Below the pieces are notes generated by a model that saw nothing but the letters and a program-made list of their open reading frames with translations, ran no database searches and was not told the DNA's origin. From a virus (taxonomy: Duplodnaviria; Heunggongvirae; Uroviricota; Caudoviricetes), in IMG/VR virus record IMGVR_UViG_3300031994_005355: a DNA stretch of 61,242 nucleotides. One strand, written 5' to 3'. The position numbers were made by a program, and so were the translations under genes. Position 1 is the stretch's first letter, and each line of letters opens with the position of its first letter. Of the stretch, positions 1 through 10,626 are shown one piece after another.

Positions 1-2
1 CG

Positions 3-2711
3 GATAATTATTGCTACACATCGTATGATATTAAAGAAGCATTGAGTGGTGTGACTGTACGTAAAGAAGCAACTGTATCTGATAATACGACAGGTTGGCA
101 GTATACAACTTACAATCCCTATTCACCTGCATTAAGCTATGCTTTTGTGTCTGCTATTTATAGAGATAAATCAGCATTCTCACTTTTGCAGGATTGTTCT
201 AATTACTCACCGATATTTATGGCGTCTTCTGAATTACCGTCACAAGCATCAAGTGATAAAGGTATATCAAAGACATTACAAAATACAATTTACAACTGGG
301 CACTTTTAAAGAATTTAGAGAGCATGTCCCAAATAACCTATACATACTCTCTTGATTTAGAGTCACCAATATTCTGTGATATTTATGGTAATATACTAAC
401 TGCATCGGGACTTGTTATCATTCCTGCTGCATCGAACGCAACACTTTGGTCTAATGACTGGGGTAAAGAGCAACCAGGTATAGGTCTATATACTTGCTAT
501 GGGAATACGTATCATATTCCAGTAACAGTTGATACACAGCAATTAGCATACAAGTGGATGCCTGAAGAGACAAATACTTATTGGATGCCACGTTCACGTA
601 TTCTTGAGTCTGATTCTTCTGACGATTCAATTGACTTTGCAAATCTTAATGAGTATGACGAAGAAGCAAAAGAATTAGCAATAATGTATATGGATGAATT
701 CTTAATGAATGATGCACATATAAACTGGTGGTGTTATTCAGGAATTATATCTGAAGTAATGCGTGGAGCACCTATAGAAAGTATTGATTCAGCTAAAGAG
801 GGACTTCGTGATTTGAATGAAGATATTGACGGAATTACAATGGCTGCTAAACTAGAACGTCTTGAGAATAGTCTTAAGAATTCTATGAAGCAGAATAGTT
901 TATTTGTAATACCGGATTTCACTCGTGTAGAACACGTAGAATACTTCCTTGCATTCATTATAAAGATTATGGCAATACTTACAGTCTTTGTTGTAATTGT
1001 CTTAGTTTATCGTGATGGTGCTGCAGGTGAAATTGGACCGACTACATTTGGTAAAACCATATGGGCGATATTCTTGGTATTCATGAGTATATCCATGATA
1101 CCTGCTATATTCCAGTTTACATATTATGGTTCTAATAAATTACTACTACAAAATGAATCTTCTCGTATAGCAATGTTCACACAAGAAAAATTCCAGTCTG
1201 GTATTGAAGTTGGTGTGACAGATACAAGAGTACCTTCAAATACAAATGATTTAATGATACAGTTAGACTGGGTTGACATTCCTTGGTATGATTATTTAAG
1301 TGAGATGATTTTTGGTGAGTCACTTACTCAAATGAATCAATTACGTGAACGTGCTTATCAATCGTCTTTTGTTGCAAGACAGCCAGACGTTGAAATGTAT
1401 AATGACGGTGTATATGTCAGTGTAACAAATGTTTTAGACTCATTGACATTGAATTATACTTACGGCTCACACCTATATGAAGTAAGTTCAGCTTCAGAGA
1501 ACAGTATTGAAACAGAATATGGCGATGATAACGATATAGGTTCTGCAGATGATAAGAACATTACGATAAAGAATAATAGTGAGGCACAATCGCTGTCATT
1601 CTACAGCCCATACTATGTTTTTGTTAAAGCTATAGTATCTAATATAAACAAATACAATTATGAATCTGATACATACAGATATACAACTAAATATATGAGT
1701 GGTTCGCGTCCAAAGACGGTTGGACTTTGTAATGCCTATTTCACAAGTCCATATTTTATGGAAGATTGTTCAGACATATTCCATTTATATGAAGTCTTAG
1801 ACGTAACACCACCGACTGACGACCAGATCGAAGATCCTATATTCACAACATCTGAAATTGAAAAGATGAAACTCTCACGTTGGTATGTAAATCCTATGGA
1901 TGAATACAACACACCAAAACGTATTGCGAATATGGATGATTATGCACGTAATTTCATAGCACGTAATAAAGATTTGATGAATAAAATTTCTGATGAAACG
2001 TTCATTAAAGTATTTTGCCTGGATTGTGCATTACACTTCAATCAGTTATATGGTATACAGGAAGCAAGTACATATGAGATATATAATCTTGACTCAAATG
2101 ATCTACTGCGTCTTGCAATATGTAAATCAGATGATGCAATGCTTGCAACTCCAATGTCCTATGCACGTTACGTTTACACATATGGTGGTGAAGCCGGTGT
2201 CATAACTGCAGCAGTTTTATTGTTAGTTATGTGGGCAGGTTCAATTATAAAACCTTTGTGTACAGTTATAGTGTTCTTAGTAATATTTATTTCGATATTT
2301 GTAAATAAAGTACTGTTTAGACGTCCAGGTGGTTTTGGTGGTTATCTCATAACTGGTGGACTATTATGTATTACAAATATTGCACATGCTGTATTACTGA
2401 AACTTTCTACTTACTTACCTTCATTTGGATTCCCTACTTTCGTATGTCTAATGTTGTTAATTGCACTACAAGTCATATATTTAGCAATACTTGCAGTTGT
2501 GACGGCTATTGCTGTTGGTGAATGGGAAGATGCTGGGTATGAACATTACAAAGCTCAAGCCCAAGCAATCAAAGCACATAAGCAAGGTCGTATGGCTGAT
2601 CAGTTAAGTCTTGATATACCATATCATAAAGATAACCATGAATACTACAATGACTTAGTGAATAATTATAAACGTAGACATACAAATCAGAATAATGAGA
2701 AAATAGATTAA
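3..2711 (+). CDS. Large polytopic membrane protein, VirB6/TrbL-like candidate (5'-truncated, at least 902 aa)
   Basis: Frame is open from base 3 (DNYCYTSYDIKEALSG...), so the real start lies upstream of the window. Two clusters of hydrophobic helices (FLAFIIKIMAILTVFVVIVLVY...; VITAAVLLLVMWAG...IAVG) are separated by a large soluble loop. Lies upstream of VirB4. Confidence 0.5.
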   Translation, partial: DNYCYTSYDIKEALSGVTVRKEATVSDNTTGWQYTTYNPYSPALSYAFVSAIYRDKSAFSLLQDCSNYSPIFMASSELPSQASSDKGISKTLQNTIYNWALLKNLESMSQITYTYSLDLESPIFCDIYGNILTASGLVIIPAASNATLWSNDWGKEQPGIGLYTCYGNTYHIPVTVDTQQLAYKWMPEETNTYWMPRSRILESDSSDDSIDFANLNEYDEEAKELAIMYMDEFLMNDAHINWWCYSGIISEVMRGAPIESIDSAKEGLRDLNEDIDGITMAAKLERLENSLKNSMKQNSLFVIPDFTRVEHVEYFLAFIIKIMAILTVFVVIVLVYRDGAAGEIGPTTFGKTIWAIFLVFMSISMIPAIFQFTYYGSNKLLLQNESSRIAMFTQEKFQSGIEVGVTDTRVPSNTNDLMIQLDWVDIPWYDYLSEMIFGESLTQMNQLRERAYQSSFVARQPDVEMYNDGVYVSVTNVLDSLTLNYTYGSHLYEVSSASENSIETEYGDDNDIGSADDKNITIKNNSEAQSLSFYSPYYVFVKAIVSNINKYNYESDTYRYTTKYMSGSRPKTVGLCNAYFTSPYFMEDCSDIFHLYEVLDVTPPTDDQIEDPIFTTSEIEKMKLSRWYVNPMDEYNTPKRIANMDDYARNFIARNKDLMNKISDETFIKVFCLDCALHFNQLYGIQEASTYEIYNLDSNDLLRLAICKSDDAMLATPMSYARYVYTYGGEAGVITAAVLLLVMWAGSIIKPLCTVIVFLVIFISIFVNKVLFRRPGGFGGYLITGGLLCITNIAHAVLLKLSTYLPSFGFPTFVCLMLLIALQVIYLAILAVVTAIAVGEWEDAGYEHYKAQAQAIKAHKQGRMADQLSLDIPYHKDNHEYYNDLVNNYKRRHTNQNNEKID

Positions 2712-2718
2712 TAAAACA

Positions 2719-2744
2719 GGCTTGGGGTATAAAAGCCCCAAGCC
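2719..2744 (+). terminator. GC-rich hairpin after the first ORF (putative terminator or mRNA-processing stem)
   Basis: GGCTTGGGG-tataaaag-CCCCAAGCC is a perfect 9-bp inverted repeat 8 nt after the stop. It has an A-rich 5' flank and no clear U-tract. Confidence 0.55.
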
Positions 2745-2830
2745 ATATCAAGTGTGAAAACTAAAAACACACTATATTTTTACTAAGCCTTTAATATATA
2801 TAAAAGAATAATGAAAGGAGGTGTTTTTAA

Positions 2831-4510
2831 ATGGCACTGTCAAATGTCCAGCGTGCTGCTGTAGCAATTGTGTCTGCAACAACACTTATTGCAGGTGGAA
2901 CTGCTGCTTATAATATGTATATGTCTAAATATGTAGCACAACCTTTAACTTTACTTGAGAAACATGAAATACCAACAGCTGTTGATAATTTCAACATACC
3001 ATCAGGTTTATCAGGTAAAGATATAGCAGCAATGGCAGCAAAGGTATGGATACATTATGCTGAGTCTGGAATAATTTACAGTCAGAATTCATGTACAAAA
3101 ATTTATGTTGATCGAGCATATAAGTATAATAAAATGGTAGAAGAATTTAATAAAAATCCTGATTTAAAAAAGAAATATTCTTCACAAGATCCATTGAATA
3201 AATTCCCATTCAATAGAACTGCAGACTGTAACTCCTATGTAAAAGATGTTCTGGATAAATGTGGTATACGTCCTCCAATGGGTTGGGCAGAAACAGGTAA
3301 TTTAGTTCAAGATAAAGACCCTAGTAGAAATTCAAATTCTGAAACTGAGATATTAAATTCCTATAGTGCTAGTTATTTTAAAAATGAAGATAATATAGCA
3401 AAAGATCCAAATTGGAAATTGATATTTTCAAATAAAACAACAGAAGAGTTAAAAGCAGGTGAAGGATTAAGTCCAGGTGATATAGCTGCATGTGAAGGTC
3501 ATGTACAAATTTATCAAGGAGATGGTCTTTGGTGGTCTTGGGAATCTAATTACTTAAATGATGCAAAAAATCCTGATGGTCTTACTGAAAGACGAACATA
3601 TACTGAATTTGAAAAAGAAGTACTCCATGCAAGAAGTAATGATAATGATAGATACATTTATGATGATACATTTCCAAATAGTATAGAATATAAAATGCCT
3701 TGTCCATTGAGAGATCATGGACCTGACACTAAGTGGACTGTAATGCGTTATGATGGTAAATCTTATGGAGATCCAGAAAACCCTGCACCATATATTGCAA
3801 AAATAGCTGGACATTGGGGTAAAGATACAGAACCAAATCCAGAAAATAAAGATAGAATATATTTAGGCACAACTAAGAAATTAGTTTTAAATAAACGTCC
3901 AATAAAAGATAAACCAATAATAGAATATACGTATGACGATATTTATAATGCTTATCGTACAAAATGGAAAGATACAGAAGATGTATGTCCTAAGTTATCT
4001 AACTATATGGCTTGGGAGTTTAGTCCTGGGAGTGAACACCCTTGGAATGGAGCAAGTTGTAGAAGTTATGATCAATCTAAATTAAATCCTGTTGGAAAAG
4101 ATAAGTCACAATGGTATCAAGATTCAAAAACAGCAATTAATGCAACTACTGTTGAATATGTATTAATTACTAGGTCAGAACCACATGAATTAAGATATTA
4201 TCAAACAGACATAGTAGATACAAAAGCACATACATTTTTAAGTAACACAAATAATAAATTAAATTGGATTATTCAAACGGGGTTTGCTTTAGGTAAAAAT
4301 TCTAGTAAGCCTGGAATATTCTATACAAAAGCAGGAGGTAATTCAGATAATTATTCAACACAGTATTCTAGTGAAGTTGGTAGCAATCAATTTTACAATG
4401 ATGCACAGCAATGGTTAAGTAATGGTTTAATGGAATTACGAGCAATCAATCAAGCAGACAAAGACTGTGAAGGTAATTATTATATCGTTGGTATACGATA
4501 TTTTAAATAA
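2831..4510 (+). CDS. Secreted/anchored peptidoglycan hydrolase, NlpC/P60 domain plus an unidentified C-terminal domain
   Basis: N-terminal hydrophobic segment; ADCNSYVKDVL (catalytic Cys) and PGDIAACEGHVQIY (His) match the NlpC/P60 pattern. The C-terminal DTKAHT segment is reminiscent of RlpA/3D-like barrels (weak). Confidence 0.7.
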   Translation: MALSNVQRAAVAIVSATTLIAGGTAAYNMYMSKYVAQPLTLLEKHEIPTAVDNFNIPSGLSGKDIAAMAAKVWIHYAESGIIYSQNSCTKIYVDRAYKYNKMVEEFNKNPDLKKKYSSQDPLNKFPFNRTADCNSYVKDVLDKCGIRPPMGWAETGNLVQDKDPSRNSNSETEILNSYSASYFKNEDNIAKDPNWKLIFSNKTTEELKAGEGLSPGDIAACEGHVQIYQGDGLWWSWESNYLNDAKNPDGLTERRTYTEFEKEVLHARSNDNDRYIYDDTFPNSIEYKMPCPLRDHGPDTKWTVMRYDGKSYGDPENPAPYIAKIAGHWGKDTEPNPENKDRIYLGTTKKLVLNKRPIKDKPIIEYTYDDIYNAYRTKWKDTEDVCPKLSNYMAWEFSPGSEHPWNGASCRSYDQSKLNPVGKDKSQWYQDSKTAINATTVEYVLITRSEPHELRYYQTDIVDTKAHTFLSNTNNKLNWIIQTGFALGKNSSKPGIFYTKAGGNSDNYSTQYSSEVGSNQFYNDAQQWLSNGLMELRAINQADKDCEGNYYIVGIRYFK

Positions 4511-4555
4511 TTAAATACAAACTACTTTACACAAACTTTTAAAGGAGGTAACATT

Positions 4556-5119
4556 ATGTTTAAACGAACTATTTTAATCACACTTGTAGCTTTATTTATC
4601 ATTTCTATTATTGCTGTTATAATATATTATAACATACATAATAGTAAAATCAAAGAAGTAGAAATATCTCATATGGAAGCTGAAGAACAGCAGCAGTCTT
4701 ACAAAAATATTGTAGACTTAAATAGTGACCATGGAGATGATGTAATTCAGGAGCGTGTAGAACATGAAGGTTATACATATGTAAAAGCAGACCATACTCC
4801 AATTGATAAAGAAGAATTTAATGAATATTTTTGGACACTTTATTATGATTGTATGGATACCACAACACTTTATCCTGAAATGCATATTTATAAAACATTA
4901 ATAAAAGATAAAGATAACGCACGTCTTTACACAATAAGTACAGAAGTTCTACCTATAGAAGATGTTACTGGAATGATGTTATTCGATGGAGTTGATACAT
5001 ATTATTTAGTAGTCAATTTATCTAGCATATCTTCAGATTATACTTATTGTTATAAAGAAGCAACTGATCTATTCAAATTGAATGAAGATAAATGTTATAT
5101 GGTAAAGATTAAGGAATAA
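4556..5119 (+). CDS. Membrane-anchored hypothetical protein
   Basis: Strong SD (AAAGGAGG); single N-terminal TM followed by an acidic extracellular domain. Confidence 0.75.
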   Translation: MFKRTILITLVALFIISIIAVIIYYNIHNSKIKEVEISHMEAEEQQQSYKNIVDLNSDHGDDVIQERVEHEGYTYVKADHTPIDKEEFNEYFWTLYYDCMDTTTLYPEMHIYKTLIKDKDNARLYTISTEVLPIEDVTGMMLFDGVDTYYLVVNLSSISSDYTYCYKEATDLFKLNEDKCYMVKIKE

Positions 5120-5121
5120 AT

Positions 5122-6180
5122 ATGAATAAATATGTAAGACGTGCCACTGGCGCAAAGAAAGAAACAATTCCTTTTCTTCTGGACATAGAACACTTTTATG
5201 GGCAGAGTGAGGGGCGCTTAACGCCCTTCATTCTGACTATAACCATAGGTGGTGCTCCCGCAGTACTCTATGTCTATTTCGGACTATTTAATGTTATACC
5301 GTTATGGTTATTCATACCTTTCAATCTCTTGGTACTTATTCGTGCTGCAATGATAATACTTGGACGTGAGTCTTACAGATTAGATATGTATCGTAGGTCT
5401 CTTTATGATGACTATATTGGTACTGCTAATTTGGTAAACATACGTACAATACATAGTGGTAATCCAAATGCACCTAGTGACCAAGATGGTTTAGTTGAAT
5501 ATACTAATGGTACTATTGCATATTATTTACTCGCCTATAATGGAACAATACAAAATGATGACCAACACGCTATAAGTGTTAAGCATTTGTTAGAGTCTAT
5601 TATAGGCGACAGACCGTTTGATATACATGTACTAAACGATAATCAAACGTCTAATTTGTATGAATATTATAAAAAGATTCAGAACTTTGAGAAAAATGAA
5701 GCAGCAACAAACTTTGTAAAAATTATAGACTATTGTCGTAATGAAGCAATGACAAAGTCTATGATACAAGCAATAGTAATAGTTCTCAAAGGGAAGAAGA
5801 GTGACTGGAAAGAGATGTCAGTCAGTATAAAGAATGCGTTAGCATCAAATGATGCAAAAGCTTTCAAGTCACTGAAGTTATTGACTACTGATGATGAGAT
5901 TGGTGCTATCATAAATCGTGATACAGATACGATTGTAAATATAAATGAACTGTTACGACGTAAGTACCGCACAGGTGACTATGGTGATTCTAAAGTGCTT
6001 AAGTTTAATGCAACTAATAAAGAAACTATTCATCTAGGTGTTAAACCTGAAGAAGCACTTCTACCTAAATCACAGAAAAGCACTTTCCATGTACGGTATG
6101 ATACTGAAGAATTAGTACCAGACCCTTATGAAGAACAATTCGAGTTAGTACCTGAAACAGATGAAGGAGTGTATAACTGA
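5122..6180 (+). CDS. Conjugation membrane protein, VirB3/PrgI/TcpE-like N-terminus with long cytoplasmic C-terminal domain
   Basis: Two adjacent N-terminal TM helices (FILTITIGGAPAVLYVYFG; LWLFIPFNLLVLIRAAMIILG); located upstream of VirB4. Confidence 0.45.
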   Translation: MNKYVRRATGAKKETIPFLLDIEHFYGQSEGRLTPFILTITIGGAPAVLYVYFGLFNVIPLWLFIPFNLLVLIRAAMIILGRESYRLDMYRRSLYDDYIGTANLVNIRTIHSGNPNAPSDQDGLVEYTNGTIAYYLLAYNGTIQNDDQHAISVKHLLESIIGDRPFDIHVLNDNQTSNLYEYYKKIQNFEKNEAATNFVKIIDYCRNEAMTKSMIQAIVIVLKGKKSDWKEMSVSIKNALASNDAKAFKSLKLLTTDDEIGAIINRDTDTIVNINELLRRKYRTGDYGDSKVLKFNATNKETIHLGVKPEEALLPKSQKSTFHVRYDTEELVPDPYEEQFELVPETDEGVYN

Positions 6181-7397
6181 TGCATGATAAAGCCGTCATA
6201 GTTATATCGACGCTAGTTGATGCAAATATAAAATCATATCAGATTGATACTGAATTTTATATATTCAAAACAATAGATGGGTTAGCTGAATATCTTGACA
6301 CAAAACCTATCCGTGCTGAAGCATTATTCTTTACACGTGATGTTTGTGGACAAACAAATAAAGCTTTCACATTCCTATATGAATTAACAAATAACAATAG
6401 CTATCTTAATGTAGGTAGAGTTGTTTATATAACTGAAGAAAACTCACCTGAACTTGAATCCGTTAAATATCTAATAGATGAGCATAAGATACAAAATTGG
6501 GATATCATTGAAGGTGGTTTAACAAAAGCATTTGTAACTGAAGTTATAAATGGTACTGCACAAATAGACTCAATCAAGTTAAAACATAAAGCAGTCTATC
6601 GTCAGCCACGCGCAGAGTATATACGTTCTAAAATAAAAGAATATCAAACCTTAAATCAAGAATATACTGACGATGAAAAAAATTTGTCAGATATTCAAGA
6701 CATAGGTCTACCTGAAGTTGAATATCGTGATGAACCATTATTACTTGAAAAGGTGTACATAACTGGAGACCCGAATGACGAACGTACAGCATTTGCATTC
6801 CTTGCTGCCCAATATCTTTCAAGGTCTGCTAAAACTATAATAATTGAAAGTGATAATGACTATCACAAGTTGACAGAATTCTACACTAAGTCAGGTGTAC
6901 AAGCAACTACAATCACGATATCAGAAATATATCAGAATATTGAGATTGCTTTAAAGAAAATAAGAGAAGCATCAACACAATTAGTAGTAATAACTTGTGT
7001 TGATAGAATTATGTTTGATTATAGTTTTATAATCAATTTCCTTTTCTACAACTTAATAAATGATTTTAGGTTTATGGTAGTTGAAACTGACTTCAATGAA
7101 ATGCCTAGTGCACAACATTTAACTGTTGTTCTTCCTGATACAGTAATAGGTTGTTTACAGTTAGGTGAACAGATTGACAAATCAGTTTTACCATATGCAA
7201 GTTTTGTTGCAGTTGATCTTAACGCAATACCTGAAGTACATCTTCCAAGTAGTTTAGTAATATCAAAAATTTTAAGAGATGTTCTAACATATGAAGATAT
7301 AAGATGTGTTGTCGTTAACATAAGCAGTTTAAGACTTAATGGTACTGCCTATGATTTAGGTTCAGTATTAAATTATGATTTAGTGCGAGGTTACTAA
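6180..7397 (+). CDS. Degenerate MinD/ParA (CpaE/TadZ-like) protein with receiver-like N-terminus
   Basis: KVYITGDPNDERTAFAFLAAQYLSRSAKTIIIESDNDYHKL has the ParA P-loop/helix/strand layout but lacks the GK[TS] residues. Confidence 0.45.
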   Translation: MHDKAVIVISTLVDANIKSYQIDTEFYIFKTIDGLAEYLDTKPIRAEALFFTRDVCGQTNKAFTFLYELTNNNSYLNVGRVVYITEENSPELESVKYLIDEHKIQNWDIIEGGLTKAFVTEVINGTAQIDSIKLKHKAVYRQPRAEYIRSKIKEYQTLNQEYTDDEKNLSDIQDIGLPEVEYRDEPLLLEKVYITGDPNDERTAFAFLAAQYLSRSAKTIIIESDNDYHKLTEFYTKSGVQATTITISEIYQNIEIALKKIREASTQLVVITCVDRIMFDYSFIINFLFYNLINDFRFMVVETDFNEMPSAQHLTVVLPDTVIGCLQLGEQIDKSVLPYASFVAVDLNAIPEVHLPSSLVISKILRDVLTYEDIRCVVVNISSLRLNGTAYDLGSVLNYDLVRGY

Positions 7398-8554
7398 TGA
7401 AGAAATATTTTTACATTACGATACTACTAGTTGTTGCATTACTTACTGCTTGTATAAAGCAGCCAGAAGAAGTAGTATACGATTCAAATTTACAGATAGT
7501 ATCACAGGGGCTTACTGATGAACAGGTGTTGGAACAGATAGAGAAAGGATTGAAGAAATACAAAACTTTATCTGCACATTGTATAACTGTAGTACAGTAT
7601 TCTACTGTACCGGAAGATGGTTTCATAACAGTATCAGATAATGCAATATATACTAATGTTCAAAATGCAGATGTGACTTTATCACAGGATAGAATAGAAG
7701 TTTATAATTTAAAGACATTAAAAGAGAATCGACCTATCACAATGACAAATTGTGTTAATGATTTTGAAGCATTAGAACGTTCTAAGTCATATAAGTATTT
7801 AGGTGATAAGATATATGGTGAAACAGTATCCGATGATATTATTACAAGATACTTTTATGATAATGGTGAAGTTAAGAGTTATGAAGCAGATAAACAAGCA
7901 TTTAAATCTATGAATTATTTTCCTGATTTAAATTCAATTGAAGATATCACAATCAAAAAGAGCCGTAAATACTATTGTGTAGATGGTTATAAACATAGTC
8001 CAGATAATGGTGCTATACTTCATATATTGCTTGTTGTATCAAGAAAAGATTATACCCCTACAACAACTAAGGTTACATTAACAAATCCAGAATTCTTAGA
8101 TGTTGACAATGGTTATGCTTACGTGCAGTATGAAACATTACAGTGGTGGTATAAAGATTTCAATAGAGACTTCCGGGTTAATATTGATACTTCTAATGAT
8201 TATAGTGTTGAAGTTACACCAGTTGAAGGCAATAGAAGATATACAACAAGTGCTAATGACGCTTATACTATAATATCTGACAAGTTTGAATATAATGGTG
8301 ACTTTGCTTCTGTATTCATTGATATTGCAGAAGATGATTTGGGTCTTTATAATTTAGAACCATCAGATATTGATAATATTGAAGTAATCGGTATAGTAGA
8401 CAACAATACTGAAGAACCTATCGTATATGAATCAGAAAAGCGTGGTCTTAGTTTTAAAACTGATGTTATTAAAGTGACAGACACGGATTTCTATCTTGCA
8501 TATATACGAAGTAATAATAATGGTTCATTAGATATCAGAAAGGAAAGCGAATGA
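7397..8554 (+). CDS. Lipoprotein, unknown function
   Basis: Signal peptide MKKYFYITILLVVALLTA-C with lipobox LTAC. Confidence 0.75.
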   Translation: MKKYFYITILLVVALLTACIKQPEEVVYDSNLQIVSQGLTDEQVLEQIEKGLKKYKTLSAHCITVVQYSTVPEDGFITVSDNAIYTNVQNADVTLSQDRIEVYNLKTLKENRPITMTNCVNDFEALERSKSYKYLGDKIYGETVSDDIITRYFYDNGEVKSYEADKQAFKSMNYFPDLNSIEDITIKKSRKYYCVDGYKHSPDNGAILHILLVVSRKDYTPTTTKVTLTNPEFLDVDNGYAYVQYETLQWWYKDFNRDFRVNIDTSNDYSVEVTPVEGNRRYTTSANDAYTIISDKFEYNGDFASVFIDIAEDDLGLYNLEPSDIDNIEVIGIVDNNTEEPIVYESEKRGLSFKTDVIKVTDTDFYLAYIRSNNNGSLDIRKESE

Positions 8555-9666
8555 AATACATAGCTTTACTAGAACCGGACAATGATTTAATTATAAAAGG
8601 AATTACTTGCATAACTTCTTTGCAGGAGTTATACACTTCTGTATGGTTAAATGAATGTACAGAACTTGAAATAACAAAACCATTTGCAAAGAAGTATTTT
8701 ACTTATCAAGGACTTATTGCATTTGTACGTTCAACAGCTGCATTATTTCCTAATATGACCTTACATATTGATGATACTCTATATAAAGATATGGATGATA
8801 CTGTTAGGAATTTAATGCGCTATGAAACTCCACAAGAAATGAGTTATGCTTTAACAAAGAGTCCTGAACGTACAATGCAAGTAATACATGAACTTTGTAA
8901 GTATTATTTTGAAACACAGGTGGACTCAACTGTTGCTTCAAATAAACTTGCAACTTTCTTAATGCAAATAACTTCTTTACAACAGACTATACATGAGAAA
9001 GATAAAACGTTATATGAAATGACAAATAAATATAATGAAACATATGCAGCACTACATGCATTAGGTTCACGTTTAAATTTTCAGTATGAAAAGACTATAG
9101 ATGTTGAAGCACTGTTTCATTTAAGAGATAATCAATTTATAAAGATTTTATATCTTAAAGAGATTACTCGTGTACATTATACAGATACTATGTTATACTA
9201 CTTAGGTGAAATTATAAAAACACTTTATGGAGAGCCTATACGTACAGTTATTATAGGACCCTATTATAGTTACAAGAACAGTGCTATGTATCCAGCATTT
9301 AAGGAGCATTGGAACTTGACATACAAAGATGTATATGATGCAGATATCTATATGGCTGGTTTCCAACCTAAAGTTATGACAGATATTCTACAAAATGCAA
9401 ATCATATACACTTCCTTGTGGTACTTGACAGAAGTGGTTGTAATGCACCATTTATAGATGGTTCTAATGTAGAAACTGTATACACTGTATCTGATTTGAA
9501 AGATGCTGAAGGTATAGATCCAAGTCATCTAATATCTTATAGCCCTGATACTTTGAACATACCCTACATTGAAAACTTTGAAGGAAATACAACAGAAGAA
9601 AAAATAAAAAAATATTCAACCATGCCTGTTATAAGAACCCTAATAGACATGCTTGAGAAAAGGTGA
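8551..9666 (+). CDS. Hypothetical cytoplasmic protein with central coiled coil
   Basis: 371-aa ORF with ATGA overlap; heptad-like LATFLMQITSLQQTIHEKDKTLYEMTNKYNE. Confidence 0.7.
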   Translation: MKYIALLEPDNDLIIKGITCITSLQELYTSVWLNECTELEITKPFAKKYFTYQGLIAFVRSTAALFPNMTLHIDDTLYKDMDDTVRNLMRYETPQEMSYALTKSPERTMQVIHELCKYYFETQVDSTVASNKLATFLMQITSLQQTIHEKDKTLYEMTNKYNETYAALHALGSRLNFQYEKTIDVEALFHLRDNQFIKILYLKEITRVHYTDTMLYYLGEIIKTLYGEPIRTVIIGPYYSYKNSAMYPAFKEHWNLTYKDVYDADIYMAGFQPKVMTDILQNANHIHFLVVLDRSGCNAPFIDGSNVETVYTVSDLKDAEGIDPSHLISYSPDTLNIPYIENFEGNTTEEKIKKYSTMPVIRTLIDMLEKR

Positions 9667-9669
9667 TAC

Positions 9670-10626
9670 ATGAAGTTAGCGAAATATCTACCAATTAACA
9701 TTGGTTGTTCTAATGCTGCCATTTATACGGCAACAATGACATTTCCTATAAAATTACTTCGTGAAGCATACTCCTATATAATGGGAGATATGTCTAATCT
9801 TAATATAACACTCAATCAAGGCGTGTTAACATTCCGCACAAATCCGGAATATTCTTGGACTATTCCGGAAATAGTTGCGGCATACAATTATTATAAAGTT
9901 GCTAAAGAGAATGATTTTAGTTTCATACCTATCTATACAGCTGATATGAAGCAACCTTTTGCTCTTATATCTTCAATGGTACAAGGTACTAGATTCGTGT
10001 ATTTATGTATGACTGGAGAAGCTCTTGAATTAAGACGTAAATCATACTATCAGTTATTCACACAGTATACAACTGCTAAGTGTGATCCTGTAGATTTCTA
10101 CAGACTGTTTCAGATTATAAAAGATATGACTCAGCATCCTAAAACGTATTTAGATGCACTTATATCTGGGCGTGATCAGAATGAAGAGTGTATGATTATG
10201 TCACCGTATAAGATAAAATCATACAACAACAACACAGTATTTGAGACAGAATACTATGAAGAGTTGATTTCTATAAATGAAGAAAATCCAGAAGGAAAGT
10301 ATTTCATATTAGTTGAAGATGAAATTCATAGTAAAGATGGCTGTGAGATATATACATTTGATGATGTTGAATACATTAAGAGTGTACATAATAAAGTATA
10401 CGCAACTAAATCAAATTACTATGAAATCTTCATAGAAAGTAATACAGATCATCCAAGGTTTTATGTGTCTACAGATTTTAAGCATATAGTAGATGCATAT
10501 TCGTTTAAGTATCACACACCAAATAATGCAGCTCTTTTAGAGTATCTATATAACATAACTAATCAAGGTATTATTAAAGATTCAGTTGCTGTTCTTATAG
10601 ACAACATTTTGAAGACAAATGCTTAA
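9670..10626 (+). CDS. Hypothetical protein
   Basis: 318-aa ORF with SD GAAAAGGTGA; overlaps virB4 start. Confidence 0.7.
   Translation: MKLAKYLPINIGCSNAAIYTATMTFPIKLLREAYSYIMGDMSNLNITLNQGVLTFRTNPEYSWTIPEIVAAYNYYKVAKENDFSFIPIYTADMKQPFALISSMVQGTRFVYLCMTGEALELRRKSYYQLFTQYTTAKCDPVDFYRLFQIIKDMTQHPKTYLDALISGRDQNEECMIMSPYKIKSYNNNTVFETEYYEELISINEENPEGKYFILVEDEIHSKDGCEIYTFDDVEYIKSVHNKVYATKSNYYEIFIESNTDHPRFYVSTDFKHIVDAYSFKYHTPNNAALLEYLYNITNQGIIKDSVAVLIDNILKTNA

Noticed and set aside
2775-2810. Possible sigma-A promoter upstream of 2831
   Set aside because: The region is AT-rich but -35/-10 candidates have 12-16 nt spacing with poor consensus; cannot be supported.
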